Shown here: positions 28,631-40,449 of the stretch, piece after piece
Position numbering within the stretch: the first letter of the stretch is position 1
Layout: each line of letters starts with the position of its first letter
NCBI RefSeq assembly: GCF_009914755.1
Contig: NC_060932.1
Source of the DNA: the human T2T-CHM13v2.0 reference genome, Homo sapiens
Length of the DNA: 64,000 nt
Direction: 5' to 3' (one strand)
Program-made: the position numbers and the translations under genes
The notes under the pieces: generated by a model
Databases searched by the model: none
Told to the model about the DNA's origin: nothing
Seen by the model: the letters and a program-made list of their open reading frames with translations, nothing else

Positions 28631-29747
28631 TTTTTTTCTTTTTCTTTTTTTTAATACTTTAAGTTCTAGGATACATGTGCAGAATGTGCAGGTTTGTTAC
28701 ATAGGTATACACATGCCATGGTGGTTTGCTGTGCTCATCAACCCATCATCTACATTAGGTATTTCTCCTAATGCCATCCCTCCCCTAGCTCCCACCCCTT
28801 GACAGGCCCCGGTGTATGATGTGCCCCTCCCTGTGTCCATGTGTTCTCACTATTCAGCTCCCACTTATGAGTGAGAACATGCAGTGTTTGGTTTTCTGTT
28901 CCTGTGTTAGTTTGATGAGAATGATGCTTTCCAGCTTTATCCATGTCCCTGCAAAGTACATGAACTCACCCTTTTTTATAGCTACATAGTATTCCATGGT
29001 ATATATGTGCCACATTTTCTTTATCCAGTCTATCATTGATGGGCATCTGGGTTGGTTCCAAGTCTTTGCTATTGTGAATAGTGCTGCAATAAACATAAGT
29101 GTGCATGTGTCTTTATAGCGGAATAATTTATAATCCTTTGGGATTATACCCAGTAATGGGATTGCTGAGTCAAATGGTATTTTTGATTCTAGATCCTTGA
29201 AGAATCGCCACACTGTCTTCCACAATGGTTGAACTAATTTACACTCCCACCAACAGTGTAAAAGTGTTCGTATTTCTCTACATCTTCTTCAGCATCTGTT
29301 GTTTCCTGAATTTTTTTTTTTTTTTTTTTTTCTGAGATGGAGTCTGTCACCCAGGCTGGAGTTGCAGTGGGACAATCTCGGCTCACTGCAACCTCTGCCT
29401 CCCAGATTCAAGCGATTCTCCTGCCTCAGCCTCCTGAGTAGCCAGGATTACAGGTGCCCGCCACCACACCCAGCTAATTTTTGTATTTTTAGTAGAGATG
29501 GGGTTTCACTATGTTGGCCAGGCTAGTCTTGTACTCCTGACCTCAGGTGATCCACCCGCCTCAGCCTCCCAAAGTGCTGGGATTACAGGCATGAGTCACC
29601 GCCCCTGGCCTTTCCTGACTTTTTAGTGATCACCATTCTAACTGGTATGAGATGGTATCTAATTGTGGTTCTGCTGTGCATTTCTCTAATGACCCATGAT
29701 GATAAGCTTTTTTTCATATGTTTGTTGGTCGCATAAATGTCTTCTTT
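28631..29747 (-). mobile_element. 5'-truncated L1PA (about PA7-like) with ORF2 C-terminus and 3'UTR, interrupted by an Alu
   Basis: polyT + tactttaagttctaggatacatgtgcagaatgtgcagg; ORF 28854-29225 (WKTVWRF...TWNQPRCPSMIDWIKKMWHIYTMEYY...) is the L1 ORF2p C-terminus; TSD cacactttt. Confidence 0.95.
29311..29610 (-). mobile_element. AluSx-like inserted in L1PA
   Basis: Full Alu; TSD tttcctga; L1 sequence resumes at 29611. Confidence 0.95.
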
Positions 29748-30550
29748 CACACTTTTAAATATGCTTCTAGATGGAGTCTTTGAAAAGGCTCTCAATTTCC
29801 CAGGAACCAACAAACAGATAACATTTCAGAGACTCTGAAGTGGATACAAGGAAAGATCAGGTGAGGAACTAAACTGTGGCAAAACAAAACAAAACAACAA
29901 CAAAAACCAGACCAGAAAAACCAGGAACACCATGATTTCACAAAGTTGCATCAAAAAAGTTGTCAATTTTCTTCTTTTTCGTCTGGTTGCAAATCAGAAA
30001 TATTTAAAAGTTTTAATTCAGAGGCTTCCTTCACCAAATGAATCTAAGAATCTGGTATGTGTTGTAAAACTGCATATTGTGTTGGGCATTCAGGAAAAAA
30101 ATTCTCTGTACATTTGAACTTACACTTTGGGAAATTGCTAAAGGTAGTTTTAGTCATTCACATTCCAAACCAAGCACGACCAAAAACAAGCTTTTAAAAG
30201 TTCAAGCATATTTGTGTATTGGGAAAAGTTAGGAATGTAATATTTAGTGGGTGGGCATTTTTAAATAATGTACTTGTCCCAAATCTTCCACTGCACAGCA
30301 GAGCTGCAGAAATGGGCTGGAGTCCTCACTCTGCCGCTAAGTATCTGCCTGACCTTGGACATGGGACTGAGGTCTCTCAGTTTCAGTTGCACATTTGAAG
30401 AGAAAGAGGAGGTGAGAAGAAACTGGACACAAAAAGTCTAAAGGCCATTCCAGTTCCAATAAGGTTACTGTCCAGTACTATCTTAAAAGTTCTCATTCAG
30501 CTATCACATCTGTTTGAAAATTAACTGTAGAGATATGAGTTAATCAACTA

Positions 30551-30791
30551 TAGTTGGCCCTTGAACAACATAGGTTTGAACTGCTCATTCCCACCTACAT
30601 GAGGATTTACTTCCACATCTGTCACCCGCAAGACAGCAAGACTAACCCCTCATCTTCCTCCTCCTCAGCCCTACTCAACATGAAGACAATGAGGAAGAAG
30701 CCCTTCATGATGATCCACTTGCACTTAATGAATAGTAAATATATTTTCTCTTCCTTATTATTTTCTTAATAACATTTTCTTTTCTCTAGCT

Positions 30792-30834
<43 letters not shown>

Positions 30835-31322
30835 TTAGACAGAGTCTCACTCTGTTGCCCAGAGCTGGAGTGCAGTGGCATGATCTCGGCTCAAGTAGCC
30901 TCCGCCTCCCGGTTCAAGCGATTCTCCTGCCTCAGCCTCCTGAGTAACTGGAATTACAGGTGCGCACCACCCACACCCAAAATAGTTTTTGTATTCTTAG
31001 TAGAGATGGGGTTTCACCATGTTGACCAGGCTGGTCTTGAACAACTGGCCTCAAGTGATCTGCCCGCCTCAGCCTCGTAAATTGCTGGGATTACACATGT
31101 GAACCACAGCGCCAGGCCCAGCTTGCTTTATTGTAAGAATACAGCATATAATATATAGAACAAACAAATATGTGTTAGTTGACCATTTATGTCATCAGCA
31201 ATGCTTCCAGTGAACAACAGGCTATTCATTGTTACGTTTTCAGGGAGTCAAAAATTATACATGGTTTTTCAGCTTCACAGAGGGTCAGCACCCCCTAATC
31301 TACATTGTTCAAGGACCAACTG
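30551..31322. mobile_element. Tigger2-derived (Tigger2a/MER28-like) TcMar MITE, interrupted by an Alu
   Basis: TIRs tagttggcccttgaacaa / ttgttcaaggaccaactg with TA target duplication. Confidence 0.88.
30791..31118 (-). mobile_element. AluS (Sz-like) with (TTTA)n tail inside Tigger
   Basis: Full Alu; TSD agctt. Confidence 0.95.
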
Positions 31323-31489
31323 TACTTGTAGATAAAGCTAAGCTTTCTGGAAATAAAAGTTTTTTAAAAAATTAAAAGCTAATATTATAGATGTTTTGCT
31401 ACCCAATATGTGCTTAACAAACGTCTGCTCATAAATGATGAAGTCAAATGGGGAATAGACAGCTGCCGTCTGTAAGTCTCTGGTAGATT

Positions 31490-31715
31490 GTTTGTAACAT
31501 AGCCACAATTCTCTCCCTAAATGCACACTGTTGAACAATCCCCTCTCTCACTGACTCTAGGTTTAGCCAGGTAACTTGCTTTAACCAAAAGAATGTAGTA
31601 GAAATGACACTGGGAGACTCTCAAGTCTAAACTTCAAGAAGTCTGGCATTTTTGAATATTGTCATCTTGGGGCACTGGTGCCATACAAACACACCTGAGC
31701 TAACTGGCTGGAGAC
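31490..31715 (+). mobile_element. MLT1-type (ERVL-MaLR) LTR fragment
   Basis: ctgactctaggtttagccaggtaacttgctttaaccaaaagaatgtagtagaaatgaca...caagtctaaacttcaagaag. Confidence 0.7.
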
Positions 31716-31874
31716 GTCTTCCTCCTGGAGTACCTATACCACCTCCAACACTGTGTCTGGCTCATAGCAAGTGTTCATTATACTGCGGTTCTTACTTATG
31801 CAGGCATAGCTTGGACTAGCTGAAGGAAGAATGTGGTGTGAAGTAACAAAGAAGAATGAGGGGAAGGAATACAT
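31621..31874 (+). repeat. Copy 1 of a diverged ~250-bp local duplication (copy 2 at 33365-33610)
   Basis: Colinear exact blocks cctggagtaccta, tcatagcaag, catagcttggactagctg at a constant ~1739-bp offset. Confidence 0.85.
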
Positions 31875-32479
31875 GGGCTGGATGGAAGCAGGTGCTATAG
31901 CATTCACTGGATGACTGACTGCTTGAGAGAGCCACTATTCTGTTCCTTGTCTAATGAACTTTCCAGGATGGACATAGTACATAACAGAGCCTAGCTTTAA
32001 ACTAGACTATACACACCATAGCTGAGGAAATCACACCAACGTGAAGCGGTTTCATCCTACATCAAAGCAGTGGTCAAGTCAATACTAATTGGAAGTTGCA
32101 AGAATTATCCTCTCTCAATTATTAAATTAACGATCCAGCAATCTTAACTCAGCAAGGATAAGACCAGTTACATGCTACTTGGTTTTTAGAAACTGCACAT
32201 TAAATCAGAAACCTAATCTTAACATAGGCTACTTCTGCTAACTCTCTTTTAGCTTGGTGACATTTGTGTTGATTCATGATTCATAAGCCCCATGCTGTAA
32301 GCTTTGCAGGGCTGGATCAACAGAGTGATGGCTATTAAAGGGAAATAAATCATTTATTTTCCCACTGTGGAAGGTAAGCTTAAGTCACCATCTACAAGAC
32401 ATAGCCATGGTGGCACATTTTCAGAGCATTTGCAATATTAGTAACAAAACTGCAACTACAACTTTCTGATTACCTGAGA

Positions 32480-32685
32480 AGGGCCCCCACTATATATCTA
32501 GAGCTTTAGAAAAACACTTTCATTTAATCTTCATAACACCTTTCAATGGAAATGTTATTATTCTCATTTTTACTGCTAAGCAGGTTGGTTCAGCAAAGCT
32601 GTGTGGCCACAGAGCTTACAGTGCCAGAGCTGAGCCTGGAATGCAAGTCTGGCAAACTCCGAAGTTCAAGTTCTTAACCATTCTT
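32480..32685 (-). mobile_element. MIR relic
   Basis: tcatttaatcttcataacacc...ttattattctcatttttactg...gccagagctgagcctggaatgcaagtctggcaaactcc. Confidence 0.75.
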
Positions 32686-32780
32686 CAAACAATGTGGTCA
32701 GCCTCTTCTTGGCACCTTGAAAGAAAACTCAAAAATGTAGACATGCTTTTAAAATCCTGTCTTACAGGGAGATCACACCA

Positions 32781-33034
32781 GTTTTTGTTTGTTTTAGGTT
32801 CCAAGGTACTTGTGCGGGATGCACAGGTTTGTTACATAGGTAAACATGTGCCATGGTGGTTTGCTGCACCTATCAACCCATCACCTAGGTATTAAGCCCA
32901 GCATGCATTAGCTCTTTTCCCTAATGTTCTCCCCACCCCGCTCTCCCCCGACAGGCCCCAGTGTGTGTGTGTTGTTCCCCTCCCTGTGTCCATGTGTTCT
33001 CATTGTTCAGCTCCCACTTGTAAGTGAGAACATG
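32781..33034 (-). mobile_element. Short L1PA (about PA8-PA11-like) 3' end
   Basis: caggtttgttacataggtaaacatgtgccatggtggtttgctgcacctatcaacccatcacctaggtattaagccc; TSD cacaccagttttt/cacagcagttttt. Confidence 0.93.
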
Positions 33035-33364
33035 CACAGCAGTTTTTTTTAATCCCCATGTTAAATAGTGTGGCTAATGCAATACATTCAAGATAAATAG
33101 AAACCAGAAGTGAAAAACTTGCCTAACACCTAAACCTGGATATATATTTCCTATTTTTAGGCGGCAGAATATATTACAAAAAACACATTCCAAGTACACC
33201 TGCCTGATAGACAATAAACACTCAAAATAAATTTTAAAATAATCTTTAATGGTAAATATTTTTTATATTCAATAGACAAGAGACTTTCCTCAAATTTTTT
33301 AGAAGAGTTGTTTTCATTATTACTATTACCATTGCTGTTGTGTTACTGCTGTTATTTATTCAGT

Positions 33365-33610
33365 CCAAGCCTAAGCTGCAAGAAGCTTTAGAGCTTCCAC
33401 TATTGCCCTTTTGGGACTCTAGTATCACGTGAACAAGCTAATCTGCTGGAGAGGCCTTTCCCCTGGAGTACCTACACCCCCTTCTAGCATAGTATCTGGT
33501 TCATAGCAAGGGTTCATTAAATGGCAGTTCTTATTTACACAAACATAGCTTGGACTAGCTGGAGGAAGCAAGTCATACGAAATAACAAGAAAGACTGAGA
33601 AGGGACATAC
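33365..33610 (+). repeat. Copy 2 of the diverged local duplication
   Basis: See 31621-31874. Confidence 0.85.
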
Positions 33611-34680
33611 TAGTGTATAAAGTAAACCACTTAGCTCTTTGCACTTGCCCATGACTTGTCTTGATCAGTATCCTGTAGCAGAGGTTAACTTCCCATGTGT
33701 AATACTTTACATAAAGAGAGGCAACAATCTGTCACTTTTAGCTTAAAATTTCTACAAACAGAATCAAAGAGTGGTCTCACTCTAGCAGTGTGAATCACTA
33801 ATAGCACCCTCCCACAGTGCTCTTCAGCCCAGTACCCCGTCTATTCCTCTTGCTTATTCTGATTCCATTTCCTCCTCCCTGGGCTGGTGATCTCAACTCC
33901 TGCTAAGCACCCCCTCCCACTTACAAATCATGAAACTACAAACATTCTCTTATGAAGCAGATAAGAGAGCAAAAATTACACTTTGGCAAAGTGTAAGTGG
34001 TAGGTAGCATGTTTGGAAGGACTACAGATCTAGAGTTAGCGGAGATAGAAAAAGAGGTGTTACAGAAATCAAATGAACACCAGGAAATGGTATTTGAATG
34101 GCAAACTTCATCTTTGGAAATAACTTCACACCACAGGTTAAAGGATACTTGTAGCAACGTCGTAGGCATTGGCTTGGGTTTTTGTTTTTATTTCTTTTTT
34201 TTTTAATCTACTACTGGACATCATGGACAGTACAACCAAATGATTCATGCAAGGACCAGGGTGAAAATCTACCTGTAGTAACAATGTAATAATACAGTGA
34301 TCTTTTCATAAAGATTAGCTATGATCCAGGCCACTGATCCAGGCCATAAGAATTTCAGTATCCACATATGTAAAAGGTTTTCTACAACAATCCTATGAAC
34401 TAGTTAATATCCTCACATACACATTTTACTTCTGAGAATGAGGCTTTAAGCAGAAAAGGTGATTATTTTTATATTGAGAGCCATGTCGTCAACAGCAGAT
34501 AGATCTGATTATGTCCAAGTTTAAAGTAAACATAAAAATATTTATAAACTTCAGCAAATTTGATTTATACAGTAATGTAACACCGATGGTGCGTTTTTAC
34601 TACAAAAATGTATTTTTGAAAATTGTTATTTCACTTAACTTTTTTCTGATAGTCCCAAGATTCTTAAAGGACATCATAAA

Positions 34681-34684
<4 letters not shown>

Positions 34685-34732
<48 letters not shown>
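34685..34732 (+). repeat. Perfect (TG)24 microsatellite
   Basis: Counted directly. Confidence 0.98.
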
Positions 34733-34733
<1 letters not shown>

Positions 34734-36264
34734 ATATCATAAGTGAATGCATGCATACACATATCTACTTAGAGTAAACATACAGTTATTTAAAAAAAAT
34801 CCTCCCAAAGTATGAAAGTTCCTTATCTCTGCTATGATTTGTTTCGATCCCCTCAAAATAACTAGTGTTTGGCATACAAATATTTTAAAGTTAATGTAAA
34901 TTAAAATTACTTCTCTTTTAAAACTATCAGAAGGTGAGATAAATTGGATCTCACCCAAGTGTTTGAAAAATCAAAACTGAAAATAACTGATTTAGGGAAA
35001 ATCGGAACTGATCTATAAAGAAAGCCATAATTTTTAAACTCCAGTATTAATACAAATGCAAATAATCTTTTAAACTTTAGGAGTTAAGACCAAACAAATT
35101 CTTTTATGACTTAATTAAGTGTGAATTAATGGGAATTGTATTTTATCATGTACAAATAATATATTAGAATCACAAGAATAGCAGACAGGAGCGGGAACCT
35201 TCTGGAAATCTCCCCTGACATAAATTAAGTTGAAATTACTTACTGCAAATGGAAGCTATGTGTAACTGTTCCCTCCATCCTGGCTAGAAAAGGGATCTCA
35301 AGAGGTATGAGCACTAAAAAGGGAAAAAAGACTACATAAAATAGCCAATCTAAATATAAAACCATATGAAATATTAAGGATGCGATTTGAATGTTCCTGA
35401 GGCCGTTTTAAAGCCTCCATTTGTGATCTGACCCTTTCAGAATAAATATTAATTTGTTTTGAAGTAGCTTTTATGAACAAAACAGCCTCTCATTTCTATC
35501 ATGTAAGTGGGTGTAGTAAACATAGTTAAGCTGTGAAAGTGAGAATTTAAATAAATAAAAATAGGGTCAATAAAAAGCTACTTCAGTCCACAAATGATTC
35601 CGTCATTCAATTTCTGTAAATTGGTAGGTAGAGCATTTTGCAGTGTCTGTCAGCATTTCCATCCTTAGGACTGAATAAATAATTGAAGAATAAATAATTG
35701 TGCCAGTGCCTGGTCTCAGGGGCCATTTTTATAGATTGCCATCTAATGATAGTACCTCCTGCGTGACACTGTATTAATATGGGATAAAATTACATAGTTC
35801 TTTGTTTGCGCTGACACAGTGATGTTACAATGTCCTTTACTATTGTCTGGAATACAAGGCAGAGGTAATGGTGCAGTGAGTTTTTTACTGTTAAAATCTC
35901 CATGACGGAAAGAGACAGCTCTGTTTGTGTATTCCAAAGAAAGTAAGTTGGCAATGACGATTACCATCGCAAAAGTAGTAGGGGGGCAGGGGTGGGGGAG
36001 GAGTAAGGCTAAGAAAAGGATTGTTTTGATTACAAATGATGAGTAAGGCTAAAAATAGCTCAATTGGAAGATGATACCTCTTTAGCTTGCTACAGGAATT
36101 CTTCAGACCCCTCTCCTCTCCCATCCTTCTATCCACCCATTCTACAAATATCTCACAAGAAACGAATGCTGCACTTGGTACTGGAGTTTTAAGACTTATC
36201 AAGACAGAAACGTTCCTTTTCTGTCCAATTTCAACAGGTCTCTTTAGGTAGAGAATATGATAAT

Positions 36265-36480
36265 GATATTGTTATTTTTAATAAACAACAGCTCCCACTC
36301 TTTGAGCTCCTATTGCATAAGAAGCACTTAAATCTTAAAACAGCATCCTGTCCCATTTTACAAAGGAGAAGCTCCAAAAGATGATGCACCTTGCCCAAGG
36401 TCCTAATTACACAGGTGAGTAGGTTAAAAGAAGCCAGGATGAAAATCTAGGTTCACTTCCCAGAATGCAACACTGCCTCT
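36265..36480 (-). mobile_element. MIR relic
   Basis: tcccattttacaaaggagaag...accttgcccaaggtc...gaagccaggatgaaaatctaggt. Confidence 0.7.
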
Positions 36481-36539
36481 CCTAGTCTACCCTCACCACA
36501 GACCCACCAAATCAAAAAGAGGAAGGAATTTATCATTAC

Positions 36540-36712
36540 TCACTTTGGGCAGGTATTAGACTCCCCGCCTTGGTTCCCTCATTTTGCAAAATGGAGAAAA
36601 GCATACCTATCTCAGAGGTACACGGTGAGCATGAAATTAGTTGATACCTGTAAAGCTCTTAGACCAGTTCCCTGACCTACAGTAGATACTTAGAAAATGT
36701 TTACTATTACCA
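36540..36712 (+). mobile_element. MIR relic
   Basis: ctttgggcaggtatta...ccttggttccctcattttgcaaaatggag...tacctatctcagagg...tgtaaagctcttagaccag. Confidence 0.75.
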
Positions 36713-37429
36713 TGGCTTCAAAAAAGCAGGAAAGGACCAATGATACTGAGCATGCTTTAAGTACATATGGATGTATGAAACCATTCTGATTTAGGAAACT
36801 GATTTAGGACATTAGAAATGTTGTGAGAGCCATTTTCTCCATTCCATAGCACATAATCTGCTCTACATAATTTAGCATTTAATTATATACTGCCTTACAT
36901 TGTTGCCTAATTGTCTGACCCAGCAAGACTCTAGCTTACCCTAAGGGGGGAGACCCTTTTTGCTTCTCTCGTTTCTCCCTAAGCCCCTGTGACCAGACCG
37001 TCAGTACTTTTGACTTAACATCAATTAATATTTGCAGTGGAAGTTTTACTTACAGAAAACATAATAGGATGAGATCGAAAGCAATGTGGAAATTGGTTGA
37101 TTCTGGAGATAGATCTGGCTGCACATTTTTTCTGTTCATCCAACTTAATCATACCAACATCTTAGCTTGGCCGTGTCTTTTTTCTGTTCTTCCATCATAC
37201 TAACATCTGTTCACAAGTGTGTTGGGATTTTAGCTAGGCATTTAACAAAATGTTTCAAGTCAGTTTCAAGGCATGATAAAGAAATCGAGAGAAAAACATT
37301 ATTAGTGGGAACTCTTACCCAAAGGGACTTACTAATGGGTTACGGGAACCCAAGGCAGGTAGGTCTACAGAGATGAATTGAAGGGTTCTGACTTGCCAAT
37401 ATAGCCATCCAAGACACGAGGAGCACGAT

Positions 37430-37580
37430 TACCAAATTTGAAAGAAGCCTGAAGTGGAGCAAGAATGACCTGATACTGGACTTCAGGGGCAGATGCCAAT
37501 ATTATCTCATCAGGCTGGAATTTGAAGCCAAATCTATTAAGAATTTCAGTATCGAAATATGTAAAAGTTGTAGTGAAGTC
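37430..37580 (+). mobile_element. Possible L3/CR1 relic
   Basis: atctcatcaggctggaatttgaagccaaatctattaagaatttcagtatcgaaatatgtaaaagt resembles a CR1 RT segment. Confidence 0.35.
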
Positions 37581-37733
37581 CACCAGAGGACAGAGGAAAA
37601 TATATTCACTTAGTAGCCCATCTAGGAGTCTGTACAAATTTTTAGTTGATTAGAACTATGTTATACATTAGTGACATATGCTATACATTAGTGACATACG
37701 CTAACTAATTTTAGGTTACTCAAAGAGAAATGA

Positions 37734-38057
<324 letters not shown>

Positions 38058-38063
<6 letters not shown>

Positions 38064-38168
38064 AGGAAAGGAAGAGAAGAGAAGAGAAAGAAGAGAAGAG
38101 AAGAGAAGAGAAGAGAAGAGAAGAGAAGAGAAGAGAAGAGAAGAGAAGAGAAGAGAAGAGAAGAGAAG
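38058..38168 (+). repeat. 111-nt pure purine tract with (AAGAG)15 at 38091-38165
   Basis: Counted directly. Confidence 0.97.
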
Positions 38169-38254
38169 CCTCTTAAGAAGGATCCAGCACAAATAATTCC
38201 TTATGCAGAGAGGGAAGCATTCATGCCCATTCATTTCAGAAGAATGACTGTGTA

Positions 38255-38375
38255 TCATATTAATAACATATAGCTATGACTTACTGAGCAATTACTAAAG
38301 CCAAATACTGTGTTAAGCATTTTATATGGATTTCCTTCTCTCATCTTTCCAACGGTCCCTTGGGACAGGCACACT
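38255..38375 (-). mobile_element. MIR relic
   Basis: tagctatgacttactgagcaattactaaagccaaatactgtgttaagcattttatatgga. Confidence 0.7.
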
Positions 38376-38449
38376 CCAGCAGGTATGACTTCATTAGAGA
38401 AGGGAGGAGGGTTCGCCTGGAACCTTCCTTCTCAGTTAACACAAACTTT

Positions 38450-39250
38450 TCAGGCCCTCTCCCAGCCTCACCTTTCAGACGCTTCCACTCCCGCAGCACA
38501 AGAGCGGACAAAGAATTAAGGAAAAGGCAAAACCGGAATGGGGGTGGGGTGGGAGTGGGGGTGAGGGTGAGGTATGACAGAAATGGAGAAATTAGATAAA
38601 TAACTGCGGGGACGGGGAGGGGGAGGGAAGAAGGATGGGAGATGATCTAAGCAACCAATAGGAAAATATGCATTTTTCTGAGATCACCACCACAAAAGTT
38701 CAGAGGTTGCTCCAGACACGGTAAATCTTTTCGTGTCTTCAGAAGTCATTTTCTGTCCCAGACATTCGCCCCTTTTCCTGTTGCAAAGAGAAAGGGGCCA
38801 GCGACCCGTGAAGAGCCAGGAATGCATCCGAGGGAGCTCCAGCTAAGTTGCAGGGAAGCTATTGTGCTCCCGTGAAGTTCAAAGGAAAGGACCGTCTGTC
38901 CGGGCTGCTGAGCTGTGGTGCAGGCAGAGGGCGCGGAGGCCCGGGCCAGGCAGAGCCCCACGCGTGTCCGGCCCCGCGCACCGCGGCCACCACCTTAGTT
39001 GCCTCGTAGGGGGCTACGAGAGAGAGAGAAGAGAGAAAAAAAAAAAAAGTCCCCACCAGACGGGTGAGAACATTGAATTGAGCGAGCCCGGGGCTTTGGG
39101 ATCCGGCCAAGGGGTGAGGGGCGAGATATTTACATTTCTCCAGGCAAGAGAAAGGGAGAGCTGGGGGCTGGAGGGAAGGCTGGGAAAGAGTAAAAGAAAA
39201 CAAACTGCTTTTTCCATTAAATATTCATGACAGCAGCTTTGCTAAGGCTA
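38450..39250 (-). promoter_or_regulatory. CpG/GC-rich, repeat-free candidate internal promoter or enhancer
   Basis: Only non-Alu CpG cluster (densest 38925-39125); GT/GC boxes 38540-38627; CCAAT 38655; ETS-like accggaa 38532; minus-strand donor AAAG|GTGAGG at 38472/38471. Confidence 0.6.
38472..38525 (-). other. Candidate short non-coding first exon (5' end uncertain)
   Basis: Minus strand ...ccgctcttgtgctgcgggagtggaagcgtctgaaag|gtgagg, directly downstream of the promoter-like motifs. Confidence 0.4.
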
Positions 39251-40051
39251 ATGGAAAGCATATAAATCCCTTTACAACTCTGTTAAATGCAAAACGAGAA
39301 AAAAAAGATGGATGAGGGTCACAGCTTGCTCTGGGCAAATTGGAAGGAATATGAAAATCTGGACCACAGAAGGCTGGAAGCTCAGGGAGAGGAGAGCCGG
39401 CTGTGGGTTTTATTCAGACCCGTGCCAGTAGGTGTAGATACCAGTCTCATTCATTTCCCATCACTACAATAAAACACTAGTCAACAAGCGGGTTTTCAGT
39501 AACCCCACACTCCGAACAGGCATTTTTCCTCCTACAATTTTTTGTCTCAGATATAATGCCATGGTTACATCTGACAGATGTTACTGCTTTAAATCCTGCT
39601 TCAACACTGCTCTGATTTCCAGGAGCACCTGCAAAGGAATCTTTGGGCAAGTGCCCAAATTCCTGGGCCCAGAGAGACCAGGCTGTGCACAGTGTTGGAG
39701 TCTGACAAGGGACAGTATCTGGGAAGATCAAGTCTAGACTCACCCCAGGCCACTCTAGTTTTAGGCACCTTGACCGTGTTGTGTCTCCATTCCCGATACT
39801 GCAGCTGGACAAAAGGAAGAGAGGCTGATCTATGTGTTCCTCCTAAGGATACATAGCAGGAGGAGTGTCCTCTAAGGCACAGAAATGTTTGTAATGAGGG
39901 GACGCTGCACCCTACACAGTGTTTCTAACGACACAAGTTTCTCATTATTTAAACAATGAAAGAAGTTCCTTTGGAAGAAAGAGTTATTATTTGTACTGCA
40001 GTGGGTCATTGTTCTGGGTTTTGGTTTTTTTGTTTTATAGTTTATATATGG

Positions 40052-40449
40052 TATGTTAGGCCATTCTTGCGTTGCTATGAAGAAATACTGGAGACTGGGT
40101 AATTTATAAAGAAAAGAGGTTTAATTGGCCATGGTTCTGCAGGCTGTACAGGAAGCATGGCAGTGGCATCTGCTCGGGTTCTCCTGAGGCCTCAGGAAGC
40201 TTAAGTCAAGGCAGAAGGGGGAACAGGCATCTCACATGGCAAGAGAAGGAGCAAGAGAGAGTAGGGGAGAGGTTTCACACAGTTTGAAACAATGGGATCT
40301 CATGGGAAATCATTGTGTCCTGAGGACAGCACCAAGCCATGACGGATCAGTCCACATGACCCAAACACCTCCCACCGGACCCCACCTCCAACATTGGGGA
40401 TTACATCTCAACATGAGATTTAAGGGGGACAAATATCCAAACTATATCA
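40052..40449 (-). mobile_element. MSTA-like solo LTR (ERVL-MaLR), full length
   Basis: ttaggccattcttgcgttgctatgaagaaatac...gagactgggtaatttataaagaaaagaggtttaattgg...caacatgagattt...ccaaactatatca; 5-bp TSD tatgg/tatga. Confidence 0.92.

Noticed and set aside
28854-29225. 123-aa ORF with a clearly protein-like sequence
   Set aside because: C-terminus of L1 ORF2p in a 5'-truncated, Alu-interrupted L1; not a host gene.
33997-34206. ORF MVGSMFGRTTDLELAEIEKEVLQK... with a coiled-coil-like look
   Set aside because: GTG start, no splice context, no recognisable family; the start resembles a MIR head.
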